This document shows positions 48,545 through 57,927 of a stretch of 64,000 bases of DNA, in pieces (the first letter of the stretch is position 1; every line of letters starts with the position of its first letter). A model generated the notes under the pieces. That model saw nothing but the letters and a program-made list of their open reading frames with translations, ran no database searches and was not told where the DNA came from. Source of the stretch: Candidatus Melainabacteria bacterium 17Bon1m (GTDB lineage Bacteria > Cyanobacteriota > Vampirovibrionia > Obscuribacterales > Obscuribacteraceae); the NCBI GenBank assembly GCA_032128875.1, contig JAVLKG010000008.1:64001-128000 (forward strand), read 5' to 3'. Made by a program: the position numbers and the translations under genes.

Positions 48545-49915
48545 TCAGTACAGCGTGCGCTCCGTGAAGTTGAAACCGGTCACTTTCAGTGCCGGCATCA
48601 CAGCCGTCGGCGCTTCCTCACCGGAGGTACGACCCTCGGCAGACAGAGCCTGAATGCTGTTCAGCATCTCGATGATGCTGACATTGAAGCGCATGTTCTT
48701 GATGCCGCACTTCACCTTGCCGTTCTCGATGAGGAATGTGCCGTCCTGAGTCAGTCCGGTGATCAGCATCGTGGTCGGGTCGACTTCGCGGACATACCAG
48801 ACGCGCGTGACGAGAATGCCGCGGTCAGTGGATTTGATCATCTCCTCCACGGACGAGTCGCCGCCCTTCATCACCATGTTCATCGGGTAGTCCCCCATGG
48901 CGCTCGGCTCGGAGAGCCCGTGTCCGGTGCATTCGCACTTGAGCGCCTTGGCGCTGCGACGACCGTACACGAAATTCTTCACCACGCCATCTTCGACAAG
49001 AGCCAGGCTCTGTCGCGGCAGACCTTCACCGTCGAACGGCTGACCCGACTGATCCTTGTGATTGACGTCATCCCAGAAGGTGACGTTCTCACCGAAGACC
49101 TTCTTGCCGAGCTTGCCGAGCAAGCACGACAATTTGTCGACATGGCTCGTGCCGGCGAACGCGTACCAGAGCTGCCCGATCATATCGAGTGCAGCAGCCG
49201 GTTCGAGAATCACCGTGTACTTGCCGGGGTCGACTTCCTGCGGGTTGGCTGACAAGGCAGCTTTGGCAGCGGCTGTCTCTGCGAGTTGCTGCACGTCGAT
49301 ATCCGACGCTTTCACCGCTTGAGCTTTCACCCAGCCGGACGAGTCAGGCGCTGTCATCGTGATCGAGCACTCCGCCGAGGTTTCGCGGTGGTACACGAAG
49401 TGTCCCGCCGAGTTGCCGAGCGCGGAGTATGTCTCACCAGACGCATAGACGCCTGACGCAATAAGCTTCTTGGCGTTGGCGACATCGATGACCTTGCGCA
49501 CTTCGCGAGCGCGGTCCATTGCCGACATCTTCGCCGTCTTGCTGTCGAATCGGCTCACTGCCTTAGTCTTCTTGCCAGCCCTGCCCGACTTGCCATTGGA
49601 CTTCGGCTTCACAATCGGCTGCAGGCCCTCGTCCTTTTCCAGGAGTTTGACCGCAACGATGGCGTTGTCGATCAGTGCCTTGACCGCTTTGTCGGTGAGG
49701 TCGTCACCGTTGAGCCGGGCCTGACGTCCCTTGAGAAGAACACGCACCGAAATCGCTTCGGTGGTCGGAGCCTGGTTTTGCGTCATGCCGTTTTGGGCGA
49801 AACGCGACGTGGCGATGTTCGAGCCGTTGATGGTCACTTCGATGCCGTCGACTTTGCGTCGAGCGTAGCGGATGGCGCCGTCGATGATCTTCTTTGCTTT
49901 TGCTTCGTTGATCAT
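48545..49915 (-). CDS. pmbA: TldE/PmbA family protein
   Basis: SRFAQN, PGKYTVILEP, PFDGEG, TGLTQDGTFLIENG; 4-bp overlap with tldD. Confidence 0.88.
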   Translation of the reverse strand: MINEAKAKKIIDGAIRYARRKVDGIEVTINGSNIATSRFAQNGMTQNQAPTTEAISVRVLLKGRQARLNGDDLTDKAVKALIDNAIVAVKLLEKDEGLQPIVKPKSNGKSGRAGKKTKAVSRFDSKTAKMSAMDRAREVRKVIDVANAKKLIASGVYASGETYSALGNSAGHFVYHRETSAECSITMTAPDSSGWVKAQAVKASDIDVQQLAETAAAKAALSANPQEVDPGKYTVILEPAAALDMIGQLWYAFAGTSHVDKLSCLLGKLGKKVFGENVTFWDDVNHKDQSGQPFDGEGLPRQSLALVEDGVVKNFVYGRRSAKALKCECTGHGLSEPSAMGDYPMNMVMKGGDSSVEEMIKSTDRGILVTRVWYVREVDPTTMLITGLTQDGTFLIENGKVKCGIKNMRFNVSIIEMLNSIQALSAEGRTSGEEAPTAVMPALKVTGFNFTERTLY

Positions 49916-51501
49916 TTCGCACCTCCTTGCGCATCGGATTTGCCATCGGCGGTTCCAGCGCCAGCCGAACCGGCACCAACCGAACCAGCACCAGCCGAAC
50001 CGGCGTCAGACTTGTTCGCATCTGACGTTTCCGCATTCGGCGTTTCCGCATCTGACGTGGCGATGCCCACTTGCACGTTACGGAAACGCGCGGGAGCAGC
50101 ACCGTGACCGGTCCACATGGTCTGCATCGGCTGACCTTTTCCGCAATTGGGAACGCCCCAATTGACGTACTCTTCGACCGAGCAGATGGCGTCGCACGAA
50201 TTCCAGAACTCAGGCGTGATGCCGCTGTAGCTGGGATTCTTGAACATGCGACCGAGCTTGCCGTCCTTAATCTCCCAGGCAGCCTCGCAACTGAACTGGA
50301 AGTTGTAGCGGCGCCCGTCTATGGACCACGACTTGTTGATGTCGAAGAGATAACCGTCCTTCGTGTCCTTGATCAGGTCCTCGAGACTGCCTGCATTGCC
50401 TGGCAGAAGCGAGATGTTGGTCATGCGAATGATCGGCGCATACGCGTAGGATTCGGCGCGCATGGCGCCGCCGGATTCACTGAGACCGACCAGGTGAGCG
50501 GTGTCACGCGAACTCAAGTAGCCCGCGAACATGCCTTCCTTGACCAGATACGTCCGCTTGGCGCGCACGCCCTCGTCGTCGAAGCCGAATGAACCAAGCC
50601 CCGTCGGCTCCGTCGCATCAGCAACGAGATTGACGAGGGGCGAGCCGTACTGCAGGTGCCCCAGCTTCTCGGGGGTGAGAAAGCTGAAACCGGCGAAGTT
50701 GATCTCCCAGCCAAGGGCACGATCGAGTTCGCTCGGGTGACCGCAGGACTCGTGAATCTGCAGTCCCAACTGGCTGCCCGTCAGGATGATGTCCTTCTTC
50801 TCCTTGGGCATGGAAGGCGCCGTCAGCAGTTGCACAGCCTCTTCGGCAATGCGCTGCGCATGGTCCTTGATGGGCCAGCGGTTGATGATTTCCCAGCCGG
50901 CGAGCTCGTACTGCCCACCGAATGAGTTCGGCCACGAACGCCGCTGGCGGTCATGGTCGTCTGTGGCATTGGCTTCGATACCGATGCCGGAGCGAATGCT
51001 CGTCTGCTTGATGCGGCTGCCTTCCGAAGACGCGAAGTATTTCTCCTCGCGAATGAAAGACAGAGAGCCGCCCGCCAGAGTCACGCCTTTGACGGCGAGC
51101 ATCACTTTGGCGCAGTCGAAGAGCAGTGCCAGCTTCTCTTCGGTCGAAACCGTGAACGGATCAACCAGATGCGGCGAAACCCACTCTGCGACGTAAGCCG
51201 GCTCGTGAGCCAGCTTGACGGGTTCGGCAAGGCAGGTCGCTGAGGCGCGAGCGACCTTGACTGCTTCCTTGACGGCTTTGGCAATCGCCTTCTTGGTCAG
51301 CGTCTGGGTTGAGGCAAAGCCCCAACCGCCACCGGCGATGACTCGAACACCGAGGCCGGAAGACGTGCCTTGATTGAACTCAGCAACAGTCAGGTCTTTG
51401 GTCTGAATGTGCTGATACTTTTGATCGATGATACGCACGTCAACGTAGGTAGCACCTTCGTGCTTACCGACGTCGAGCGCGTACTCAGCTAGTGACTTCA
51501 T
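49912..51501 (-). CDS. tldD: TldD metalloprotease with low-complexity C-terminal tail
   Basis: GLGVRV, GWGFAS, HESCGH, FDDEG, RMTN, CGKGQP; start moved to ATG 51501. Confidence 0.92.
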   Translation of the reverse strand: MKSLAEYALDVGKHEGATYVDVRIIDQKYQHIQTKDLTVAEFNQGTSSGLGVRVIAGGGWGFASTQTLTKKAIAKAVKEAVKVARASATCLAEPVKLAHEPAYVAEWVSPHLVDPFTVSTEEKLALLFDCAKVMLAVKGVTLAGGSLSFIREEKYFASSEGSRIKQTSIRSGIGIEANATDDHDRQRRSWPNSFGGQYELAGWEIINRWPIKDHAQRIAEEAVQLLTAPSMPKEKKDIILTGSQLGLQIHESCGHPSELDRALGWEINFAGFSFLTPEKLGHLQYGSPLVNLVADATEPTGLGSFGFDDEGVRAKRTYLVKEGMFAGYLSSRDTAHLVGLSESGGAMRAESYAYAPIIRMTNISLLPGNAGSLEDLIKDTKDGYLFDINKSWSIDGRRYNFQFSCEAAWEIKDGKLGRMFKNPSYSGITPEFWNSCDAICSVEEYVNWGVPNCGKGQPMQTMWTGHGAAPARFRNVQVGIATSDAETPNAETSDANKSDAGSAGAGSVGAGSAGAGTADGKSDAQGGAK

Positions 51502-52107
51502 GGGATACCTTCCTGTGCAATATGCACGCGAGCACCAATTACACCATGACGCGGGCAGCAAGTCTCGCTTGTAAACCAGGCGTGACAAGGCTTTGCACCG
51601 CGCAATCGTGAAACTTCTGCTGCTCGCTCGTAGATAGAACTTGCCGTGCATTGTGTACGACAAGGAACTTTCAAAAGCCCTTGCGCAGTTTCGATTCGTC
51701 GAGAACCGGCGCAAGGCATCGTCAACACTTCATCCAGACGCCCTAGAGTTCTGAGAACAATCAATTCGTGTGGTATCCGTCCTCTCTCGAGGAATCTAGG
51801 TATAAGTGGAGACGAGCACGAATAGTTAGTTTACGGAAATTACTTGGGGCTGGAAGAAATGAGGAGTGTTTAAAATTTAGGAGTTCGGTCGTGTATGTAC
51901 CAAGTGTTGTGATTTCATTTGAATTCAAAAATACTAATAGGTAACCAATCTCATAAAGCGGTAAGGTTGGAACAGCACACAGGGAGCCAGTCGCCAAGCG
52001 ATCGCTAAAACCCTGCACAGAAGCGGTGTTTTCGTTAGTCGATAGCGCAGCTTTCGCAAAATCGCTCAAAAGAGCCCTCCATCAGACCCTCCGATTCACA
52101 TCAGCCT

Positions 52108-52292
52108 CATCCACTCCGAAAAATTCCGGTTTTTCGGAGTGGATGGAAAAGCGCCAAAACGCAGTATGCATCCACATCTCGCCACACAGCGGTTGTCAAC
52201 AGGCACACTTAGCGCGGATTGACGACACCCATTTTTAGCGGGTTTCGAGACTTTCATGCACTCCGAAAAACACCGAAATTTCGGAGTGCATG
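52108..52292. repeat. Two homologous long palindromes 147 bp apart
   Basis: CATCCACTCCGAAAAA/TTTTTCGGAGTGGATG (52108-45) and CATGCACTCCGAAA/TTTCGGAGTGCATG (52255-92). Confidence 0.8.
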
Positions 52293-52439
52293 GACGAGCC
52301 CCAAAATCGACTCCCATGCTCTATGCAAGAGGAGACGCCAGTCAGCGACTAAAAACGCTAGGCGCCACATGTGCATTGATGGGCGCGCTCCTTTTCGGAG
52401 CATGCCTACTCACAAAAGACAAAACTGAAAGCGAAGGCT

Positions 52440-53921
52440 CTAGTACGCCTTAGCAAAAATCGCTTTCTGCTTAGTCGCCTTGCCCGTGTAGAAGCACTTT
52501 CCTTCAGCATGGTTCTGATTGAAGGGAATGCAGCGCACGGTGGCTTTGGTCTCTTCTTTGATCTTGCCTTCGTCGTCGCTTGAGCCGGCGAAATAAGCCT
52601 CGAAGAAGCCGCCTTTCTTATCGACAAGCTTCTTGAACTCGTCATAAGAAGCCACTTCAGTGGTCATTTCTTTTCTGTAGGCAAGAGCGCGTTCAAAGAT
52701 TGCTTTTTGAACTTCAACGAGCAAGTTGTTAACGTAATCTGCGATGCCATCTTGGCTTACGTCGCGAACTTTGGTTCCATCGTGACGTTTCGCCACCTCG
52801 ACAACATTTTTCTCGCAGTCTTTAGGACCAATGTTGAGGCGAACAGGCACACCCTTTTGCTCCCAGTGATTGAACTTGAATCCAGGGGTGTGATTGTCTC
52901 TGTCGTCGAGTTTTACGCGCACTCCGGCATCTTTGAGAATGCCTTCGATCTTCTGGCAGCGCTCGATGACCAAAGTTTTTTCCGCATCTTGTTTGTAGAT
53001 AGGAACGATAACAACTTGAATCGGTGCGATTTTCGGAGGCAGAATCAAACCTTTGTCGTCGCCATGGCCGAGCACGAGCGCACCGACCAAACGAGTTGAA
53101 ACACCCCAGCTAGTCTGCCATGCGTGCTCCAATTGACCTTCTTGATTCTGGAATTGAATCTCGAAGGCCTTGGCAAAATTTTGTCCCAGGAAATGCGATG
53201 TCCCAGCCTGGAGAGCCTTTCCATCGCGCATCAAAGCTTCGATGCAATAGGTTTGAACAGCACCGGCAAAACGTTCGCGCTCGGTTTTCTCACCCGTCAA
53301 AACAGGCAAAGCCAGCCACTCTTCAGCAAGGACGCGGTAGACTTCCAGCATCTTTTTGGCTTCTTCTTGAGCTTCCTCAGAAGTTGCGTGCGCTGTGTGA
53401 CCTTCTTGCCAGAGGAATTCCATCGTGCGCAGGAAAAGGCGTGTACGCATTTCCCAGCGAACAACGTTTGCCCATTGATTGATCAAAAGCGGCAAATCAC
53501 GCCACGATTGGACCCACTGAGCAAACATATAGTTGATGATTGTTTCTGAAGTCGGGCGTACAATAAGCGGCTCTTCCAGCTTCTTTCCGCCGCCATGAGT
53601 GACGATTGCGCACTCTGGAGCAAAGCCTTCGACGTGCTCTTTTTCCTTGGTTAGGAACGATTCGGGAATGAACATCGGGAAGTAAGCGTTCTGGTGACCA
53701 GTGTCTTTAATCATTTTGTCCAGCGCGCGCTGAATGTTTTCCCAGAGAGCATAGCCATACGGTCTGATGACCATGCAGCCTTTCACCGGCGAGTAGTCGG
53801 CGAGTTCAGTCTGCTGAATGGTTTGCGTGTACCACTTAGCCTTGTCTGAGTCTTTGTCCTCATCGCCCAGAACATCTGCCGGATCGTTGTTCTTTTGCTC
53901 GATGTTCTCTTTTACTTCCAT
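52440..53921 (-). CDS. proS: Proline--tRNA ligase (short archaeal/eukaryote-like type)
   Basis: HVEGFAPE, RPTSET, QWANVVRWE, FLWQEGHT, QAGTSH, SWGVSTR, FAKAY. Confidence 0.97.
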   Translation of the reverse strand: MEVKENIEQKNNDPADVLGDEDKDSDKAKWYTQTIQQTELADYSPVKGCMVIRPYGYALWENIQRALDKMIKDTGHQNAYFPMFIPESFLTKEKEHVEGFAPECAIVTHGGGKKLEEPLIVRPTSETIINYMFAQWVQSWRDLPLLINQWANVVRWEMRTRLFLRTMEFLWQEGHTAHATSEEAQEEAKKMLEVYRVLAEEWLALPVLTGEKTERERFAGAVQTYCIEALMRDGKALQAGTSHFLGQNFAKAFEIQFQNQEGQLEHAWQTSWGVSTRLVGALVLGHGDDKGLILPPKIAPIQVVIVPIYKQDAEKTLVIERCQKIEGILKDAGVRVKLDDRDNHTPGFKFNHWEQKGVPVRLNIGPKDCEKNVVEVAKRHDGTKVRDVSQDGIADYVNNLLVEVQKAIFERALAYRKEMTTEVASYDEFKKLVDKKGGFFEAYFAGSSDDEGKIKEETKATVRCIPFNQNHAEGKCFYTGKATKQKAIFAKAY

Positions 53922-54153
53922 GACTTGAATACTCCCAGGGAAAATGCACGAAATGCGCCGGAAATCGCACGAAATTCGAAAAGTGCAAAACAGTGCGACA
54001 TAGTACTAAAAGTACGAAGGGTTCAGTATATATCACGCGCGGGCGAGCAAAAGGCTCAACTGCGGCTAAAGCAATACTTTGTATACTGTTAGAGCTGAAT
54101 CAAAGTGGCTCATGCGAAGTCAACAACATCAGCCGTTTGAAAGGTCCCCTGTA

Positions 54154-55116
54154 ATGCAACTGACCGGCGAGCTGTCTAAGGTCTCACTGCCCAATCTTTT
54201 GCAGCTAGTGCGCAACGGTGCATTGACGGGGAAATTCGGCTTGCTGCAGGGCGCAAAAACTGCAACTGTGCTGATAGAAGACGGCTCAATCGTCCATGCG
54301 GAAGCTGACGCATTACTGGGAAGGGAAGCGCTTTTCGAGCTTTTCCTCTGGCTCTCCGGCACCTTTTCTTTTATCGAAATCGATTCCGTGGACGACCACG
54401 AACGCTCTATTAATCCTGAAGATCCAGAGGAAACCACTGACAAGCTCATTCGCGAAGGCCAACACTACGCGGAACAAAAGCGCTTTCTCGACCAACTTCG
54501 CATCTCCGGACAATCGGTCCTCAGCCCGGTAAGAGATGCGCGCCCGCCAAAAATGACAGATTCAGCACAGCAGTTGCTGGCAAATTTCGACGGCAGGCAG
54601 CCACTTAGCGCCATACTCGCGCGCCTCACGTTGACTCGCCGCCAACAAATCCAATCTCTCGCCACCTTGCTTTCCGAAGGTATTTGCGTCGTTGTAGAAC
54701 CGCAAGAGCTGGATAGCATGTCGCAGATTCAGCTGCCTGACTGGGTTATTGCAAGACTAAGACAAGACAATCCCGACATTGCTCAAGCGATTGTGGACAT
54801 GGTTGTCTGGAGCGATCGCGTCAAATGCTGGATGTATCAAGCCGATGCTGATTTTGAACGCATCAAAGGCTTGCTCGAAAAAAATCAAAAAACACGAATG
54901 ATTGAAGATGACTATTACAAAGGCGAGAGCGCGGAAAACATTGGAAACATGGGAACTTCAGGAAGTCCAGGAATTTCAGGAAGTTCAGGAAGCTCGGGAA
55001 GCTCTCTTAATGAGGATTTGAGCATTACACCTTTCGGTGAGGTAGCTCAACCTTCACAAACCAAAACCAGTGGTCGCAGTCAAGCGCGCCGCCCTTCAAA
55101 AGACGTCGAATTTTAG
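54154..55116 (+). CDS. DUF4388 (PatA-N-like) domain protein
   Basis: LTGELSKVSLPNLLQLV...TG...G.IVHA...GREAL..LFLW..GTFSF; start 54154 or 54112. Confidence 0.8.
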   Translation: MQLTGELSKVSLPNLLQLVRNGALTGKFGLLQGAKTATVLIEDGSIVHAEADALLGREALFELFLWLSGTFSFIEIDSVDDHERSINPEDPEETTDKLIREGQHYAEQKRFLDQLRISGQSVLSPVRDARPPKMTDSAQQLLANFDGRQPLSAILARLTLTRRQQIQSLATLLSEGICVVVEPQELDSMSQIQLPDWVIARLRQDNPDIAQAIVDMVVWSDRVKCWMYQADADFERIKGLLEKNQKTRMIEDDYYKGESAENIGNMGTSGSPGISGSSGSSGSSLNEDLSITPFGEVAQPSQTKTSGRSQARRPSKDVEF

Positions 55117-55142
55117 TACGATGGATTCCTGCCGCCAGGCTC

Positions 55143-55170
55143 TATAGGGGCCGCATGGCGGCGACCCTAC
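55143..55170 (-). repeat. GTAG-headed REP-like palindrome
   Basis: Minus strand GTAGGGTCGC-CGCCAT-GCGGCCCCTA between convergent genes. Confidence 0.6.
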
Positions 55171-55172
55171 AA

Positions 55173-55976
55173 TTAGCCTTTCGGAGCGGCTTGTGCGAGG
55201 GTTCGCACTCTTTCTACGTCGACCGGATTTTCCACCAAACCCTGCCGCTTGAGCGACGATCCGACGATGACGCCGTCGGCAACTGAAAGAATTTCTTTGA
55301 CATTACCATTCGTGCAGCCGCTTCCACAAAACAATGGCGTATCTGGAAGTGCTTCACGCACAGCGTTAAAATCTGCCATGTCTGGTGCCGAACCGGTTGC
55401 CGTGCCGCTTACGATTAAACCGTCAGCCAAACCGCGCTTGACTGTATCTTTGGCGATGAGCTTGATATCCGCATCAGCAGTGAGCGGGCTGGCATGCTTC
55501 ACGAGCACGTCTGCCAGGATTTTGACGTCTTTGTTCGCCATCAATTGACGGCGATAAAGGTGCAAAGCATGGGCGTCTCCTTCGATAATCCCTTGATCTG
55601 TGACCATTGCCCCCGAAAGCACATTGACTCGAATGAACTTCGCACCAGTCGTGGCGGCCACAGCCAGAGCAGTCAGTCCATCGTTGCGCAATACGTTGAC
55701 GCCGACAGGCAAATCGCTGATCGCCATAACGCGTTTCACTACAAGAGCCATCGCACAAGCTGTGGCAGTATCGACTTTTCCCTTGGTAAAAGGCGCGTCA
55801 AAAAAGTTTTCCACGATAATCGCATTGACACCACCGGTGGTGAGTGCGGCCGCTTCCTGTTCAGCGCGAAGCATTACTTGTTCTAGATGACCATCGAAGC
55901 GCGATGAGCCCGGCAAGGGCATCAAATGAATTACACCAATTATTGGCTTGGTTGTGCCGAAAAGCTCATCGAGCAT
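55173..55976 (-). CDS. btpA: BtpA/SgcQ family TIM-barrel protein
   Basis: IGVIHLMPLPGS, VENFFDAPF, GVNVLRND, ADVLVKHA, SGTATG. Confidence 0.9.
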   Translation of the reverse strand: MLDELFGTTKPIIGVIHLMPLPGSSRFDGHLEQVMLRAEQEAAALTTGGVNAIIVENFFDAPFTKGKVDTATACAMALVVKRVMAISDLPVGVNVLRNDGLTALAVAATTGAKFIRVNVLSGAMVTDQGIIEGDAHALHLYRRQLMANKDVKILADVLVKHASPLTADADIKLIAKDTVKRGLADGLIVSGTATGSAPDMADFNAVREALPDTPLFCGSGCTNGNVKEILSVADGVIVGSSLKRQGLVENPVDVERVRTLAQAAPKG

Positions 55977-57130
55977 GTTTAGTCCCCGGTTTGTATGAAC
56001 AGCTGAATGCATCACTGAATAGATTCCTGAGTTACTGACGAGAAATGCTGACGAGAAAAACTAACCAGATTCCTCAACTACTAAATTGGATTTGCCTACT
56101 TTAACAGGTGCGTTTTTCGAGCTTGGAAAGATCTCTTTTCAACCACAAATTGACAGCAAAAGCACAAATACCAAAAGCCTCAAAAACCGGGATGTCATTA
56201 GATCGGCAAGCCCGCAGAAGAAGCATCAGACGCTCTTTCCAGAACCATAGCGCTAGCGCGTTTGATTGTAACTACTGGACCGCCTCAACCCACAATTCCC
56301 ACAACTACTTGAAATCCAGCATCTTAAGCAGAGCTCAAGAGTCTCAAAGCGAGAAGTTACGCGCGCGGTGCAAAGTGTTTCATATGCGAACTTCGCTAAG
56401 TGTATGTCGCCCAAAACCTATGCCAGTCGTGCGTTTTGAGCAAATTATTGACATCCGTTTTTGAGCACTACTTTTTAGAAATCCGCATCGAATGGCAGCT
56501 TCGAGCTTCTGACAACCTTGGCTTATAAGGAGCTTTCTGCAGAGTGCTCTGAAGATGTTTCCACTCTTAAAAGCTATGAAGCCGCGCGTTCTTGAACAGC
56601 ACATAGCTCTTTTTCTACTTTTGACTCCTGCCCTTCCTTCCAACACCTGTGAGACCCTAGACAACCCGAGCAACTGCTCCACCCCCTTGTGAGTCACCCC
56701 TGGAAATTCGCCATCCGCGCGAACTTCCTACTCACCGTCTAGGCTCGCTTGAATTCAGAAGCAACTCACTTCGTGAATTGCTTCTTTAGGTCACCACCCC
56801 CGCCATTTCGTGCTGCCAAATTTACGCGCGAATTCTTCCAGTCTCGAATTTCGGAAGGCAGAGAGACTGTTACTTGCCACGCTTGTCGCCAGGTCCTTTT
56901 TCGGCTGTTGTTTGCAGTCGACGGTGACACGTAGCTGGGTGGGAAATGGCGCTGTTCCGGCACGAACAGTTCCTATCGGGGCGTTCTCCATGGTGGAAGC
57001 GCCGTTCTTAACCAGCACTGCCGGTGGTGCCGCTCTTCGGTGGACGGACATTCATGTCGTCCGCGAGGAGTAGCACAGCGTTCCAAACACCGGTAGCTGC
57101 AAACCTCATCATGAAAGAGGAGCAATAAAA

Positions 57131-57703
57131 ATGGAAATCAACAACATCCAGAAGCTGAAAGGCTTCACCATCAGGGCTTTGAAGTGCTACATCAAGGCTC
57201 TCGAACTCGGCGAAGGCGTGCGTGTCTCTCAGCGTGCGTTCCGTTACGAGTTGTCCGCCGACGGTCTCACTGCCCGCGTCATCCGCACTGCGGACGGCAG
57301 CGAAGTCGAAGGCACCAAGCGTACGATCGAAGAGTGGGCCAAGGTCGGCAAGCCGGCTCGGCTCGGACTCATCGGTCTCAAGGCGAAGAAGCGTGATCTG
57401 CGTGAGCAGGGCGCCCGGGTGATGTTCGACCTGAACGTCATCACCGGAGAAGCCGGTCTCACCCGTGACGGCGAGCGCATCAGCAAGTTGCCCGTGTCGG
57501 GCAGCGACGAGCTGATGGACGCTCCCACGACCATCGAAGGCTGGGCCGAGCTCGGTCGCTCCGTCGAGAAGCCGCTTTTCGAGCAGCTCAAGGCTGCCCG
57601 TGAGTGGGGGATCAAGGACGCCGAACAGAAGGTCTGGGACGAAATGGTCGAGCTGGGCATCGTTCGCGAAAAGAACGAAGCCGGCGACTCCGTCCAGGCG
57701 TAA
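57131..57703 (+). CDS. Hypothetical protein with internal duplication
   Basis: GAGGAG RBS, strong codon bias; TIEEWAKVG and TIEGWAELG. Confidence 0.8.
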   Translation: MEINNIQKLKGFTIRALKCYIKALELGEGVRVSQRAFRYELSADGLTARVIRTADGSEVEGTKRTIEEWAKVGKPARLGLIGLKAKKRDLREQGARVMFDLNVITGEAGLTRDGERISKLPVSGSDELMDAPTTIEGWAELGRSVEKPLFEQLKAAREWGIKDAEQKVWDEMVELGIVREKNEAGDSVQA

Positions 57704-57927
57704 GTCATCACCAGTCCGCTCCCAAGCTGGATAGATCTGTAGTCCGCACAGAACTCACTTAGACGCCGCCTGCAAGCGGTTTCGCGCAGGAGTTTTGTGC
57801 ATGCCGAACCGCGCCGCCAGACGACCTTTTCGAGGTTGCCCTGGATCGCGGACAGAGTCCCAGTTCTAAGAGCCCCACAGTTTGCAGGAACCGCGAGTGT
57901 TTCTGCTCAACAATAACGAGGCTACCT

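Noticed and set aside
51502-51714. Long N-terminal extensions in the ORF track (tldD, also 8425, 26623, 33131, 41309, 48424, 63385)
   Set aside because: Downstream ATGs have better RBS and match the start of family motifs or codon bias
53922-54110. T-box upstream of proS
   Set aside because: No T-box consensus or antiterminator; only ~10-bp periodic GAAAT-GCAC-like repeats
56035-56058. CTGACGAGAAA direct repeat upstream of btpA
   Set aside because: Two copies only; no further support as a regulatory site
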